Of a stretch of 64,000 nucleotides of DNA, positions 1 through 8,999 are shown piece after piece. The number at the start of each line of letters is the position of its first letter. The stretch's first letter is position 1. Below the pieces are notes generated by a model, which searched no databases, was not told the origin of the DNA, and was given only the letters and a program-made list of their open reading frames with translations. A program made the translations under genes and the position numbers. The DNA comes from a virus (taxonomy: Duplodnaviria; Caudoviricetes), in the IMG/VR virus record IMGVR_UViG_3300029288_000081, positions 64,001 to 128,000 of that record; one strand, 5' to 3'.

Positions 1-11
1 GCGAACGATCA

Positions 12-84
12 TGGGAGCGAAGAGACTCGAACTCTCACAGTCTTGGGTAAAGGCCAAGTGCCCGGCCAGTTGGGCGACGCTCCC
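12..84 (-). tRNA. tRNA-Lys (anticodon TTT), atypical C33, no encoded CCA
   Basis: Reverse complement folds as a cloverleaf: acceptor GGGAGCG/CGCTCCC, D stem GCCC/GGGC, anticodon stem CTTGG/CCAAG with loop CCTTTAC, T arm GAGAG-TTCGAGT-CTCTT, discriminator A. Confidence 0.85.
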
Positions 85-88
85 GCGC

Positions 89-277
89 TCAGGCCGCGGC
101 GCGTTTCAGAACCTCTCTGCCGTCGATGCCGAGGATGGTCCTCCTGTCGGCCTCCGACATGCCCGCCCACAGCGCGTCGACCTCGTCCTGATGACGATCT
201 GCCTCGTCGTTGCCGCGCGCCTGCCGCAGACGCTCTCGCGCCGTCCGGTACCTCTCCACGATGTGATGCGTCGCCAT
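89..277 (-). CDS. small hypothetical protein between the tRNAs (62 aa)
   Basis: ATG at 277 after a purine-rich RBS-like stretch; MATHHIVERY...; fills the gap between the tRNAs. Confidence 0.55.
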   Translation of the reverse strand: MATHHIVERYRTARERLRQARGNDEADRHQDEVDALWAGMSEADRRTILGIDGREVLKRAAA

Positions 278-299
278 GACCGTTCTTCTCTCTCTGCTC

Positions 300-379
300 T
301 GGAGCCGGCCGGAATCGAACCGACTATGCCCGAAGGCGCCTGATTTACAGTCAGGTGGAGCCCATGCCCCCTCGACTCC
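300..379 (-). tRNA. tRNA-Tyr (anticodon GTA), long variable arm, shortened D arm
   Basis: Acceptor GGAGTCG/CGGCTCC, anticodon stem CCTGA/TCAGG with loop CTGTAAA, variable hairpin GCC-TTCG-GGC, T loop TTCGATT, discriminator A. Confidence 0.85.
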
Positions 380-380
380 G

Positions 381-420
381 AAACGAAGAAGGCCACCCGG
401 TTTCCCTGGGTGGCCTTCGT
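381..420 (-). terminator. intrinsic terminator-like hairpin
   Basis: GAAGGCCACCC (388-398) pairs with GGGTGGCCTTC (408-418); followed on the minus strand by TTCGTTT. Confidence 0.6.
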
Positions 421-643
421 AGATGCTTGGACTCCTGGTCCTTCTACGTTGGCTCACCCGTCGCGATGTAGGGCTTGCGATTGTGCGTATCCTGGGTCCC
501 CTGGACCAGACGCACTTCACCGGCTCCGCCGCGAAGGCAGAGACCGCTGAAGCTCATCGACATGGACCTGGTGTCGGACACGATGTGGAATGTATGGCAG
601 ACGCCACGAGGGAGGTCAAGAGTTTTCTTTCGACCCACGAACA

Positions 644-1132
644 TCATCGCACCGTCGCGGCGATCCACACGAGCCCGGTCGCCACGACTCCAACGGCGAA
701 CCACAGGGCAGGATGCTCCCAGAACGACCGCTCTCCAGCCTGCTGAGCGGCCTGCCTGGCCTCACGGAGCTGCATGACCAGCTCGGTCTGCCTCTGCGTC
801 CACAGCTCGTCACGCAGGCTCACGCGCTCGCCGCAGGCGGCCGTGCGTGCCTGTTCGATCTGCACACGGACACCGCACACCTCTGCATCTCGTTCAGTCG
901 TGCGAGTGAGGAGATAGCGCATGCGCTCGTATTCGGCGCGGATCTGAAGCAGGTCATCGGCGTCGATGAGCAGACCGTCCCGCGGCGCAAGGTGGCCACC
1001 CCGGACCGGCACGATCTGATGCGCCGGCTCCGTGAGCTGGTAGCCGGCTGGCGGCGTCTCCTGGGCAGCCACCGAGGCCGGCGTGAACAGGTGACAGACC
1101 AGAAGGTAGAGAACGAAGTAGATGACTCTCAT
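644..1132 (-). CDS. exported coiled-coil protein with C-terminal TM helix (possible spanin-like lysis protein)
   Basis: Signal-peptide-like MRVIYFVLYLLVCHLFTPASVAA, helical coiled coil, C-terminal LWFAVGVVATGLVWIAA; ATGA overlap with upstream gene. Confidence 0.6.
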   Translation of the reverse strand: MRVIYFVLYLLVCHLFTPASVAAQETPPAGYQLTEPAHQIVPVRGGHLAPRDGLLIDADDLLQIRAEYERMRYLLTRTTERDAEVCGVRVQIEQARTAACGERVSLRDELWTQRQTELVMQLREARQAAQQAGERSFWEHPALWFAVGVVATGLVWIAATVR

Positions 1133-1485
1133 CGGCCAGCATCCCTTCGGCTCCGGTTCCACTCGCTGAGCATCCGCGCTGCGGCTTCGAGATCGTCGCC
1201 ACCGCGCAGGCGCTCGTACTCCTCACGTTGACGAGCATCGAAGGCGGCGAGGTCCTCCTCGAACTTCTCTTCGATCTGCTCGATGTGCGCCTGGTGCGCC
1301 TGGATGGCTCCGTCGAGGCGTTCGTCGATGAGGCGCTCGCCGGGGCCCGCGTCGATGCCGGTGACGATGTCCGGCTGCGGTCCGGGGCCAGGGCCGACGC
1401 ATCGGCTGCCGATCACCCCGCCGACGACGAGCAGGATGAGGGCGACGACGCCGAGAAGGATCGCTTGGGTCCGCGTGATGGTCAT
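1129..1485 (-). CDS. N-terminal TM anchored coiled-coil protein (possible spanin-like)
   Basis: MTITRTQAILLGVVALILLVVGGVIG TM then charged helix; ATGA overlaps on both sides. Confidence 0.6.
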   Translation of the reverse strand: MTITRTQAILLGVVALILLVVGGVIGSRCVGPGPGPQPDIVTGIDAGPGERLIDERLDGAIQAHQAHIEQIEEKFEEDLAAFDARQREEYERLRGGDDLEAAARMLSEWNRSRRDAGR

Positions 1486-2948
1486 GCCTTCACCGCTCCT
1501 CTGTGCCAAAGCTCGTGCGGGTCAAGCTCATCGGGCCAGATCGTTTCGGCGTTGTACTTTGCGCCAATCAGGTCTACGCCGGTCATGTCCGTGCTGCTCA
1601 AGTCCACGTTGCTCAGGTCTGCGTTGCGCAGGACCGCGTTGTTCAGGTAAGTGTTGCGCATGACCGCGTAACGCAGATCCGCATCAGCCAGGTTCGCGTC
1701 GGTCAAGTTCGCGTTGGCCATGTTCGCGCCGGTCAGATCTGCCCCGGCCAGATCCTTCCCCGTCAGGTTCACGTTGGCTAGGTTCACACCGGACAGGCTC
1801 CTCCCCTTGAGGCTCGCTCCTGCCAACAGAAGACCTCGGACGTCGCCGCCCTTCGCCTTGTCGATGAACTCGACGACCATCGTGCGGATCAGCTCGACGA
1901 CCTCCATGACCTCCGCCTGCTCGCGGAGCGGAGGGTCGTTCTTCTGGCCCTCCGTGAACACGTAGTCCACGAACGCCGGATCCCCGATGTTCGAGTTGGT
2001 CTTGCCGAAGATCTGCGCGAACGCCTTGCGTGCCGGCTTCCACTCCATCGTGACGTACGGAACCCCGTCGGGGTCGCGGAGCGAGTAGATGACGCTCTCG
2101 CCGCGATCGATGGCGCTCTTGTACGAAGGGACGCAGTGCGAGAGGAAGCCCTTTTCGCATTCGAGCTGGCGCTTCTCCCTCAGCTCCTCGACGGCCCAGC
2201 CGCTCTTGAACTTGTAGACGACCTCTCCGTGGTGAACCTTCTTCTTCTCACGGAAGTTCGCGCTCGCGTCGAAGACGTCGGCGAGGGACATCTTCATGAT
2301 GTCTGTCCCAGTCGACTTCGCCCACTGTGCGATGAGGTTGCAGGAGCGTCGGAGCCTGTAGAGAGCTTGCACGTAGAAGTCGTACTCGGCGCGCTGGGCC
2401 AGAGGTCCTCCGCCGTCGATCTCGCTGATCGTGTGCTTCGACAGCTTGCTCAGTTCACGTGCCACCCATGGGAAGGTGCCGTCTGCATCGCTCGGCTCAC
2501 GGATGGCACTGTTGAAGCGAGGGAAGCTCTCCGCTCCGATCAGCTCCAGGACCAGTTCGAGTCTTTCACGCAGTGTCGACGCAGGCCTCTGCATGACCTG
2601 CACGCGCTTTTCCACCTCCGGGTCGCCGAACCACCAGTAGCCGAGCTGCTCTCGGTACGAGACGTCGGCCAGTGGTGGCTGCGTGCTGGGCATGATGAGC
2701 CCCGCGTGAAGCTGTCCTCCGTTGCCGAACATGGAACGGAGGCGGCTCGTCATCCGTGTGAACATCTCGCCCCAGACGGGGCTGCCCTGGGCGGCGAGCG
2801 TGTCTTCGAGGTCGTACTCGGGGTTGTCGATGCCGATGGTGTTGAAGATCACGCTGAGCGTGTCGAGCACCACCCACGGCTGCTTCTCGCCGTACGTCTT
2901 GACGATGTACTTGAGCCGATCGATCGGCGCGTTGGGGGTCAGTGACAC
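1482..2948 (-). CDS. PcfJ-like domain protein with C-terminal pentapeptide repeats
   Basis: ECEKGFLSHCVPSY...IYSLRDPDGVPYVTMEW resembles the PcfJ-like domain; ADLTG/ANLTD/ADLRY/ADLSN pentapeptide repeats. Confidence 0.75.
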   Translation of the reverse strand: MSLTPNAPIDRLKYIVKTYGEKQPWVVLDTLSVIFNTIGIDNPEYDLEDTLAAQGSPVWGEMFTRMTSRLRSMFGNGGQLHAGLIMPSTQPPLADVSYREQLGYWWFGDPEVEKRVQVMQRPASTLRERLELVLELIGAESFPRFNSAIREPSDADGTFPWVARELSKLSKHTISEIDGGGPLAQRAEYDFYVQALYRLRRSCNLIAQWAKSTGTDIMKMSLADVFDASANFREKKKVHHGEVVYKFKSGWAVEELREKRQLECEKGFLSHCVPSYKSAIDRGESVIYSLRDPDGVPYVTMEWKPARKAFAQIFGKTNSNIGDPAFVDYVFTEGQKNDPPLREQAEVMEVVELIRTMVVEFIDKAKGGDVRGLLLAGASLKGRSLSGVNLANVNLTGKDLAGADLTGANMANANLTDANLADADLRYAVMRNTYLNNAVLRNADLSNVDLSSTDMTGVDLIGAKYNAETIWPDELDPHELWHRGAVKA

Positions 2949-2965
2949 GGGCTCCCCCGGGCGGC

Positions 2966-4243
2966 TCAGCCGCCGCCGCCGGTCGTGTAGAGGGACAGGT
3001 AGAGGCCACGGGCCTGCGCGACCTGTCCTCCGCCTCCGCCGACGATGAAGAGGTCGTACCAGTCGCTGGCAGGAATCGTCACGTTCGCGGCGAGGCCGAC
3101 GTCCTGCATGGCGCCGGTGGCGGCCCAGGTGGCCACGAGCGCTCCGCCAGTGAACGCGCGCATGTTGAGCGTGGCCGTCTCTGCGCCGCCGGCCACGGTC
3201 CCGAGCATGGCCTTGGACCCCGCGAGCAGAACGGTGCCCTGGGGGAAGTAGAGGGAGCCGATCAGTAGCTCGACGACGCCCGTCTGCGTACCGTTGAGAA
3301 CGTGCCGCTCCTTGGTGCCGGCCGACGCGTCGAGGCCGTCGGTGATGGTGACCGTGAGCAGAGACTGTGCTGCGAGGGAAGCGTACGCCGAGTACACCGC
3401 CCTGTTCATGTTGCTCGCGGTGCCGACGATCGCCTGCGGCTGCACCGTGCCGACGTCGTAGCCAATCAGGCCCACGTTGACGATGCCGCCTGTGTTGTCG
3501 GTGACGACCGTGTAGTCACCGGCGTTCGAGATGCCGCGCACGGTGACGTTCAGCGTTGAGCTGCCGGTGCCGGTGGGCGCCAGGTAGAACACGCCCACCG
3601 GCGTGACGCTGACCGAGTCGCCGGTGAACGTGGTGTTGGTGGCATCGACGGTCAGGGCCGCCATGTAGTTGGTCGGCACGAGCCTGAACGGCGACGCCGT
3701 CATGTTCCCGGCGTCGAGCGCCACCGCCAGGTTGTCGAACGCGATCGGCAGATAGCCCGACGTGATGGTCGCGTCCACGCCGTCCATGAAGACGAGCTGC
3801 GCCTGTTCGATGCCGGCACTCCTGAACGTCCAGCCGCTGAAGTCGTAGACCCCGGCGGGGATGGTCGGCGTCATGAACTGCCCGTCGATCAGCACCGTCG
3901 GGTTGGTCAGAGTCGACGCCTCGGTGTACAGCAGGCCGAAGTCTGTGTAGGTGTTGCCCGAGGCCACTCCGCCAGGCTGGTAGACGAGCGGCACGAGGTC
4001 GCAGCAGCCGCCTGCCGCCCCGGTCGGTACCGCGGCCCAGACGGCTGCGCCTGCGGTAGGGTCCGTGCAGAGGTACATGGCGCCGCCACCGGCGACGACC
4101 CAGGCGGCGTCGCCGGCCTGGATCTCGCCCCACTGGGTCGTGGACCCAGCGACGTTCGGCAGCTCGGCTGCGGTACTCCACTTGCCCCACCAGTGATGGA
4201 AGCCCCACGGTGCGACTGGACGTTGGCCTGCGACGAAGCTCAT
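2966..4243 (-). CDS. virion spike/fibre-like protein, paralog of 35025-35606 with a central insert
   Basis: Gly/Thr/Ala-rich beta composition; N- and C-terminal domains align with 35025-35606. Start at 4243 is supported by TAGGAT-N7-ATG; the alternative start is 4252. Confidence 0.6.
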   Translation of the reverse strand: MSFVAGQRPVAPWGFHHWWGKWSTAAELPNVAGSTTQWGEIQAGDAAWVVAGGGAMYLCTDPTAGAAVWAAVPTGAAGGCCDLVPLVYQPGGVASGNTYTDFGLLYTEASTLTNPTVLIDGQFMTPTIPAGVYDFSGWTFRSAGIEQAQLVFMDGVDATITSGYLPIAFDNLAVALDAGNMTASPFRLVPTNYMAALTVDATNTTFTGDSVSVTPVGVFYLAPTGTGSSTLNVTVRGISNAGDYTVVTDNTGGIVNVGLIGYDVGTVQPQAIVGTASNMNRAVYSAYASLAAQSLLTVTITDGLDASAGTKERHVLNGTQTGVVELLIGSLYFPQGTVLLAGSKAMLGTVAGGAETATLNMRAFTGGALVATWAATGAMQDVGLAANVTIPASDWYDLFIVGGGGGQVAQARGLYLSLYTTGGGG

Positions 4244-4276
4244 GGCCGCCATCCTACCCCGAGACTGGCTGTCGCG

Positions 4277-4726
4277 TCAGCCGGGATCGCTCGGAGGATC
4301 CGATGCCGGAGGCTCGCTGTCCGCTGGCGCAGGGGCCGTCGCTCCGGTGTACTTGGACACGAGCGAGCGCACGATGTTCGGGATCTGCGTCACGCTGTCC
4401 TTGACCGCGCCGTAGAGCTGGCCGCTGAACCCGCCCGAGAGCCCGAACCACATCATGCGAGCGACTGCGACATCAGGCACCCAGTTGGGTGCCGGAATGC
4501 TCGTGACCAGGCCGAAGAGGCTGCCCACTGCGAACGGGTGCCACTTGAGCGTCGAGGACCAGAGCCGGTACCACGTCGGCTGCTCCTTCTCGGGGGTCCC
4601 AGCAGGCACCCAGATATGAAGCAACCGCTTGGTCGCCGTGCCGCCCAGGTACACGCAGAACGCGACCGAGAGGAAGGACCAGAACTGCGTGATCCAGTAG
4701 ACGACCTTGTCGGTGTTCGGGTCCAT
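4277..4726 (-). CDS. small multi-TM membrane protein, holin-like
   Basis: About three hydrophobic segments (FWSFLSVAFCVYLGG; FAVGSLFGLV; MMWFGLSGGFSG), 149 aa, leaderless-type promoter TACCAT-N6-ATG. Confidence 0.55.
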   Translation of the reverse strand: MDPNTDKVVYWITQFWSFLSVAFCVYLGGTATKRLLHIWVPAGTPEKEQPTWYRLWSSTLKWHPFAVGSLFGLVTSIPAPNWVPDVAVARMMWFGLSGGFSGQLYGAVKDSVTQIPNIVRSLVSKYTGATAPAPADSEPPASDPPSDPG

Positions 4727-4745
4727 CCCCGTATGGTAGCGCAGA

Positions 4746-6932
4746 TCAGCGTCGCGACGTACGCCGCTCGGAGCGCCTGTTGCGTCGCACCCTCGTCGGC
4801 CCAGCGTTCGCCGCCAGGAGCGCGAGCGCGCCGACGGCGCCGATCCCAAGCCACGCCTGGCTCGACAGGCCCATGACGCCGGCCTCGTCGCCCATGCCGC
4901 CCAGGCCCGTCTTCGAGGTGTCCGCCAGGAGCGCAGCGAGCGGGTTCCCGATCGTGTCCCGCTCCTGGTCCGCCTTCTCTCCACCGGACGGCTCGGTCCA
5001 GGTGCCCCACTGCCGATCACAACCGCCAGCGCCGGCCCGGTAGCACGTCTCGCGCTCGCGCGACTTCGTGAGAGCCGCCTGCGCCGCCGAGCGAGCTAGC
5101 GCACGGCCCGCCGGTGTCGTCGGCTGCATGTCGCGGAGCAGTGAGACCAAGCGCTGGCCCGCCTGCACCATCGAGCCGCGGATGTTGTTGCGCTTGACCG
5201 AGTCGGAGTAGTCGGTCGCCTTGAGGTTGCCGTACTGCGAGTCGAGGTAGTTCTTTGCGATGGTCACCTCTTCCAACAGGGCCCTCGCGAGGGGCGCCTC
5301 GGCCTGCGTGTTGGCCTTGTCGATCACGACGGCCTGCTTGTACACGCTGACGAGCGGGCCGATCACCCTGTCCTGCTCGTGCGCGGCCTTGTCGTTGCCG
5401 TGGTCCTCGTTCAACGCGAAACGACCGCATCCGGTCTGGTCGTAGAGGTAGCAGAGCTTCCTGCGGATGGCAGAGAGGAGAGCCTGCTCGGTGAGAACTG
5501 CAACGGGGCGCACCAGCTTCTTGTCCCCCGAGTTCTGCGCGAGCACGAGGGCTTCGCGGAGGCACGCCGCGAGCGCTGCGCCAGCGGCAAGGATCGACTG
5601 CCGGGTGTTGTTGCGCTTCAGCGCGTCGGACCACTTGGTCGCCCTGTAGTGGTCGAACTGTCCGTCGACGTAGCCCTTCATGGCCGCACAGATGCGGAGC
5701 TTGGCGGTGATGAGCGGCTCGTACGCGGCCACCTCGCCGCGGGTAGACAGGGTCCGAGCGAAGTGTGCGTAGGCGGAGATGAGCGGCATCGTGGTGCTCG
5801 CCATCTCCTGGGCCGCCTTCACGTCAGGCTGATCTTCATCGAGCGCGAACGTGCCACACCCGGGCTCGTTCAGGAAGAACCCGCGCCACCGGTCGATCGA
5901 AGCGTTGAGCGCGGCCAGGGTGAGCTTTCCGACGGCGCGCATGCTCGTCATGCTGCCGAAGCTGTACGCGGACGCCCAGACGGTCTGGAGGCAGGCGACG
6001 AGAGTCCGCCCGTCGGCAAGGATCGACTGCCGGGTGTTGTTGCGCTTCAGCGGATCGTTGTTCGTGGCCCTGTAATGCCCCCACTGCCCGTCGATGTAGG
6101 ACTTGAGGAAGGTGCAGGGCCGCAGCATGGCGGCGAGGAACTTCTCGCCGTCGGCCTGCGCAAGAGCCCGCCTCGGGCCTCCGACCTTGGTCACCGCCTG
6201 CATGTAGGCGGCCACGAGCGGTACGATCACTCGGGCCTGCTCCTGGGCGCCCTTCGCGTCGGGCTGATCTTCGTCGAGCGCTTGGGTGCCGCAGCCGCGC
6301 TCGTTGTTGAGGAAGCAGATTCTGCGAGTGATCGCAGAGTCGAGTGCCCGCACGATCGACTGAGCGATGAGCGTCGTCGCCTGGTTGTTCGGCGACTGCA
6401 CGATCGCTTCCGCGTAGGTGGCCGCCAGCGCAGCGCCGCCGGCCAAGATCGACTGCCGGGTGTTGTTGCGCTTCACCAGATCGTTGTTCGTCGCCTTGTA
6501 CTCGTCGAACCACCCGTCGATCTGTGCGCGGGACACGTCTGCCGCGGCCTGAAGCGACGCGGCAGGATCCGTTGGGGCCCCCAGCTCCCGAGCCTGGGCC
6601 AGGCATGCGGCGATCTGCCCTTCGAGCCGCGTCATGCTCGTTCGGTCAGGCGTCGGCAGACTTCGGAGCTGGACGAGGCTCGCTCGCAGGGCATCACACT
6701 CGGCGGCCTTGGCCGCCCTGGCCACCTGCGGGTCGACGGCCGTCGGTCCGGTGGGCAGGGTGCTCTGTGCCGAGGCCGAGGACGGGCTCAGGAGCAGGTA
6801 CGCAGCTCCTCCGGCGGCAACGAGGCCGATCCCGCCCAGCACCAGCATCTTCTTCTTGGACGACGGAGCGGCGGGCGCGGCATCGTTCCGGCGCAGGCGC
6901 CGGCTGGACCTTCTCTTGAGTCGACGGGCCAT
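4746..6932 (-). CDS. helical four-repeat protein with TM helices and Arg-rich tails at both ends (728 aa)
   Basis: Starts MARRLKRRSSRRLRRN then TM; four repeats with Y(K/R)AT..D.(V/L)KRNN.R.S and GC..; ends TM + VRRNRRSERRTSRR. ATG overlaps the stop of 6932-7018. Confidence 0.8.
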   Translation of the reverse strand: MARRLKRRSSRRLRRNDAAPAAPSSKKKMLVLGGIGLVAAGGAAYLLLSPSSASAQSTLPTGPTAVDPQVARAAKAAECDALRASLVQLRSLPTPDRTSMTRLEGQIAACLAQARELGAPTDPAASLQAAADVSRAQIDGWFDEYKATNNDLVKRNNTRQSILAGGAALAATYAEAIVQSPNNQATTLIAQSIVRALDSAITRRICFLNNERGCGTQALDEDQPDAKGAQEQARVIVPLVAAYMQAVTKVGGPRRALAQADGEKFLAAMLRPCTFLKSYIDGQWGHYRATNNDPLKRNNTRQSILADGRTLVACLQTVWASAYSFGSMTSMRAVGKLTLAALNASIDRWRGFFLNEPGCGTFALDEDQPDVKAAQEMASTTMPLISAYAHFARTLSTRGEVAAYEPLITAKLRICAAMKGYVDGQFDHYRATKWSDALKRNNTRQSILAAGAALAACLREALVLAQNSGDKKLVRPVAVLTEQALLSAIRRKLCYLYDQTGCGRFALNEDHGNDKAAHEQDRVIGPLVSVYKQAVVIDKANTQAEAPLARALLEEVTIAKNYLDSQYGNLKATDYSDSVKRNNIRGSMVQAGQRLVSLLRDMQPTTPAGRALARSAAQAALTKSRERETCYRAGAGGCDRQWGTWTEPSGGEKADQERDTIGNPLAALLADTSKTGLGGMGDEAGVMGLSSQAWLGIGAVGALALLAANAGPTRVRRNRRSERRTSRR

Positions 6933-7018
6933 CACTCCCACTCCGGCGTGACGAACATGCCGCCGAACAGGGCCAGATACCCCACGGCCAAGGCGGCCAG
7001 CAAGACCAGGATCAGCAT
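6932..7018 (-). CDS. 28-aa single-TM microprotein
   Basis: MLILVLLAALAVGYLALFGGMFVTPEWE; TACGCT-N7-ATG upstream; TGATG coupling to the next gene. Confidence 0.55.
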   Translation of the reverse strand: MLILVLLAALAVGYLALFGGMFVTPEWE

Positions 7019-7050
7019 GCGGTCGAGCGTAACACGAGACGCCCCACCGG

Positions 7051-7311
7051 TCAGAGCCCCCGCCCCCCACCCAGCTTCCGGTAGTTCTGGAGGTTGAAGG
7101 GGTTGCTGTCCTGCGGGTTGCCCAGACGGCGCAGAGCCTCACACCGCTTGGCGCACTCGGGCTTGTCGCAGACGTGCGGACTGTTCCCGAAGGGTCGCGA
7201 CACTTCCTTCCCGCACCCGTCGCATGGACCAACTCGCATGAGCTGGTTGAACGGGCTGTGCTCCAGGAAGTCCGACTTCGGCCTGGTCTTGTACCCGTCT
7301 CGGACCTTCAT
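7051..7311 (-). CDS. small Zn-finger protein
   Basis: CDGC...CDKPEC; ATGA coupling. Confidence 0.5.
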   Translation of the reverse strand: MKVRDGYKTRPKSDFLEHSPFNQLMRVGPCDGCGKEVSRPFGNSPHVCDKPECAKRCEALRRLGNPQDSNPFNLQNYRKLGGGRGL

Positions 7312-7547
7312 CGGAAGCACGCTGCGCACATGCAGCCGTGACCGTGCTCGTTCCACACGGTCCCCCGCTTCAGTGCGGACCATCGGCCCTGGCACTTCTT
7401 CGAGCAGAAGCGCAGGCAGGTGGGGTCCACGACGGCCTCGTCCTCCAGCTCGACCCTGGCGATCATGTCCTGCGGCAGGATGACGCCCATGTCTGCTGGG
7501 AGCTTCTTCCCGCACATCTCGCAGATGTAGGGCTTCTCGACGCTCAT
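7308..7547 (-). CDS. TRASH-like Zn-finger protein
   Basis: CEMC...FCSKKC...CMCAAC; coupled start/stop. Confidence 0.55.
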   Translation of the reverse strand: MSVEKPYICEMCGKKLPADMGVILPQDMIARVELEDEAVVDPTCLRFCSKKCQGRWSALKRGTVWNEHGHGCMCAACFR

Positions 7548-7990
7548 CAGTAGCCTCGGCGCGGCAAGACCGCGAGCAACGCGTCGATGGTTGGGTACAC
7601 GAGGACGGAAGAGTCGAATGACCAGACGAAGCCGCGCGGGTCTCCGACGATGAAGATCTTCTTCCTGAGAGACTCGATCCGCGAGGCGTGATGAAGAGCG
7701 ACCGCGTACGCGACCTCTCCAGCCGTCCCCGCCGACATCCCTCCCTCGGAGCGCGTGAGCGCGATGACGAAGTCGGCGCGGTCGAGACCGTGCCTGTTCA
7801 TCAGGCAGTTCTCGGTCATGAACTCCGGCGGCACCTCCGCGTCTGTCTTCCATCCCCGCTTGCGCTCTTCGAGTACGCGCTCCCACCACGGCGTCGCGAG
7901 AACGAATCCTCGCTCCTCCAGGAGAGCGACGCAGGAGATCACCCGTTCCACTTCCCTCGCCGGACCAGCCAGGTAGACGTTCGGCAGCAT
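7547..7990 (-). CDS. nucleoside 2-deoxyribosyltransferase-like protein
   Basis: VYLAGP...ADFVIAL...GTAGEVAYA pattern typical of the NDT family. Confidence 0.7.
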   Translation of the reverse strand: MLPNVYLAGPAREVERVISCVALLEERGFVLATPWWERVLEERKRGWKTDAEVPPEFMTENCLMNRHGLDRADFVIALTRSEGGMSAGTAGEVAYAVALHHASRIESLRKKIFIVGDPRGFVWSFDSSVLVYPTIDALLAVLPRRGY

Positions 7991-8403
7991 CACTCCCCCC
8001 TTCGTCCGAACAGGCCGTTGCCCACGTCCCACGTGGCAGCCATCCGTTCGGCAGCCTTCAGATCATCTTCGTGCTCCGCGCACGCCTCGCGGTACCGAGG
8101 TCCGTTCGTGCGAAGCGTGTTCATGGTTGCCGCCAGAGCTGCGGACTGTGCGTCCGCACGAACGCGCTGTGCGACCTCGGCGGCGCGTCGAGCAACCGCG
8201 TCGTTCTCCATCTCGACGAAGCACCGCTGGCACATGGGCGCCAGCGACTCTCGTTCGACGGCTCTCCGTCCCTTTCCACGCAGCCACCGCGAGCCGTCGG
8301 TGTTGAGGTAGCGCACCTCGATCCCTTCCGCTCCGACCGTGTCGCACACGGGGCAGACAGGGCCTCCGAGGCGGCGCAGGGCCTCACCGCGACGAGTCAG
8401 CAT
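7990..8403 (-). CDS. Zn-binding hypothetical protein
   Basis: CPVC...CQRC; coupled to neighbours. Confidence 0.5.
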   Translation of the reverse strand: MLTRRGEALRRLGGPVCPVCDTVGAEGIEVRYLNTDGSRWLRGKGRRAVERESLAPMCQRCFVEMENDAVARRAAEVAQRVRADAQSAALAATMNTLRTNGPRYREACAEHEDDLKAAERMAATWDVGNGLFGRRGE

Positions 8404-8582
8404 CGGGCTTGATGGTACCACCGGAGCGACGGTCGAACACCGCTCCGATCGCCGTGAGGAGCTGCTCGCGGCTGACGCCTCCCATGATGCGCATCGTCCT
8501 CTCGCCGAGGTGATCGCTCCAGCGGAGCCGAGCGCCCCAGCGCACGCCGTCGCGCAGCGGATAGAGAAGCACCTCAAGCGCG

Positions 8583-8996
8583 TCACGCCCCGGCGCCATC
8601 TTCGCCACCTCGGCGTCCAGCGAAACGCTGGTGCCACCCTCCAGGGCCATGGTCGCCGTACACGATCGTGATGCTGAGCGCGCTTCGCGTCTCGGGGTCG
8701 GGGTTCGATTCGATCTCACGCCGCATCAGCGATGCCGCCGCTCCGATGGCACACGTGGCATGAGCGCGCTCGACATCGCCGAGACCTCGCAACTGGATGG
8801 GCATCTCTGCCAGCGCAGCACCGTCGGTGACCGCCTGCCCGATAGTCGTGAGCTGCGCCCTGGCCGCGGAGAGAGCGCGTGCCAGCGCCACGGTCGTGGC
8901 ATCCCACGAGTCGCCACGGTCGATGCTCGCCAGGATTTCCGCAAGACGCGCAGGAGGCATCCTGTCGTCGGCCTCGGTGTTCGTGTTCATGGTCAT
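8583..8996 (-). CDS. hypothetical protein
   Basis: RBS GGAG before ATG, genome-typical codons. Confidence 0.5.
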   Translation of the reverse strand: MTMNTNTEADDRMPPARLAEILASIDRGDSWDATTVALARALSAARAQLTTIGQAVTDGAALAEMPIQLRGLGDVERAHATCAIGAAASLMRREIESNPDPETRSALSITIVYGDHGPGGWHQRFAGRRGGEDGAGA

Positions 8997-8999
8997 CGC

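Noticed and set aside
12-84. Reading the first tRNA as an ochre suppressor (anticodon TTA)
   Set aside because: The 5-bp stem fixes a 7-nt loop with TTT centred and purine A37; the TTA register would put C at 37.
444-704. 86-aa ORF upstream of the tRNAs
   Set aside because: Overlaps a promoter (TTGACC with both regulatory motifs) and has atypical codons; more likely regulatory, though a shorter peptide cannot be excluded.
5586-6475. Three 29-38 bp direct repeats as a CRISPR array
   Set aside because: Spacing is about 430 bp, they lie in frame inside a protein repeat, and no cas genes are present.
4746-6932. Tape measure protein
   Set aside because: Discrete Cys-containing repeats, terminal TM anchors and no neighbouring tail genes.
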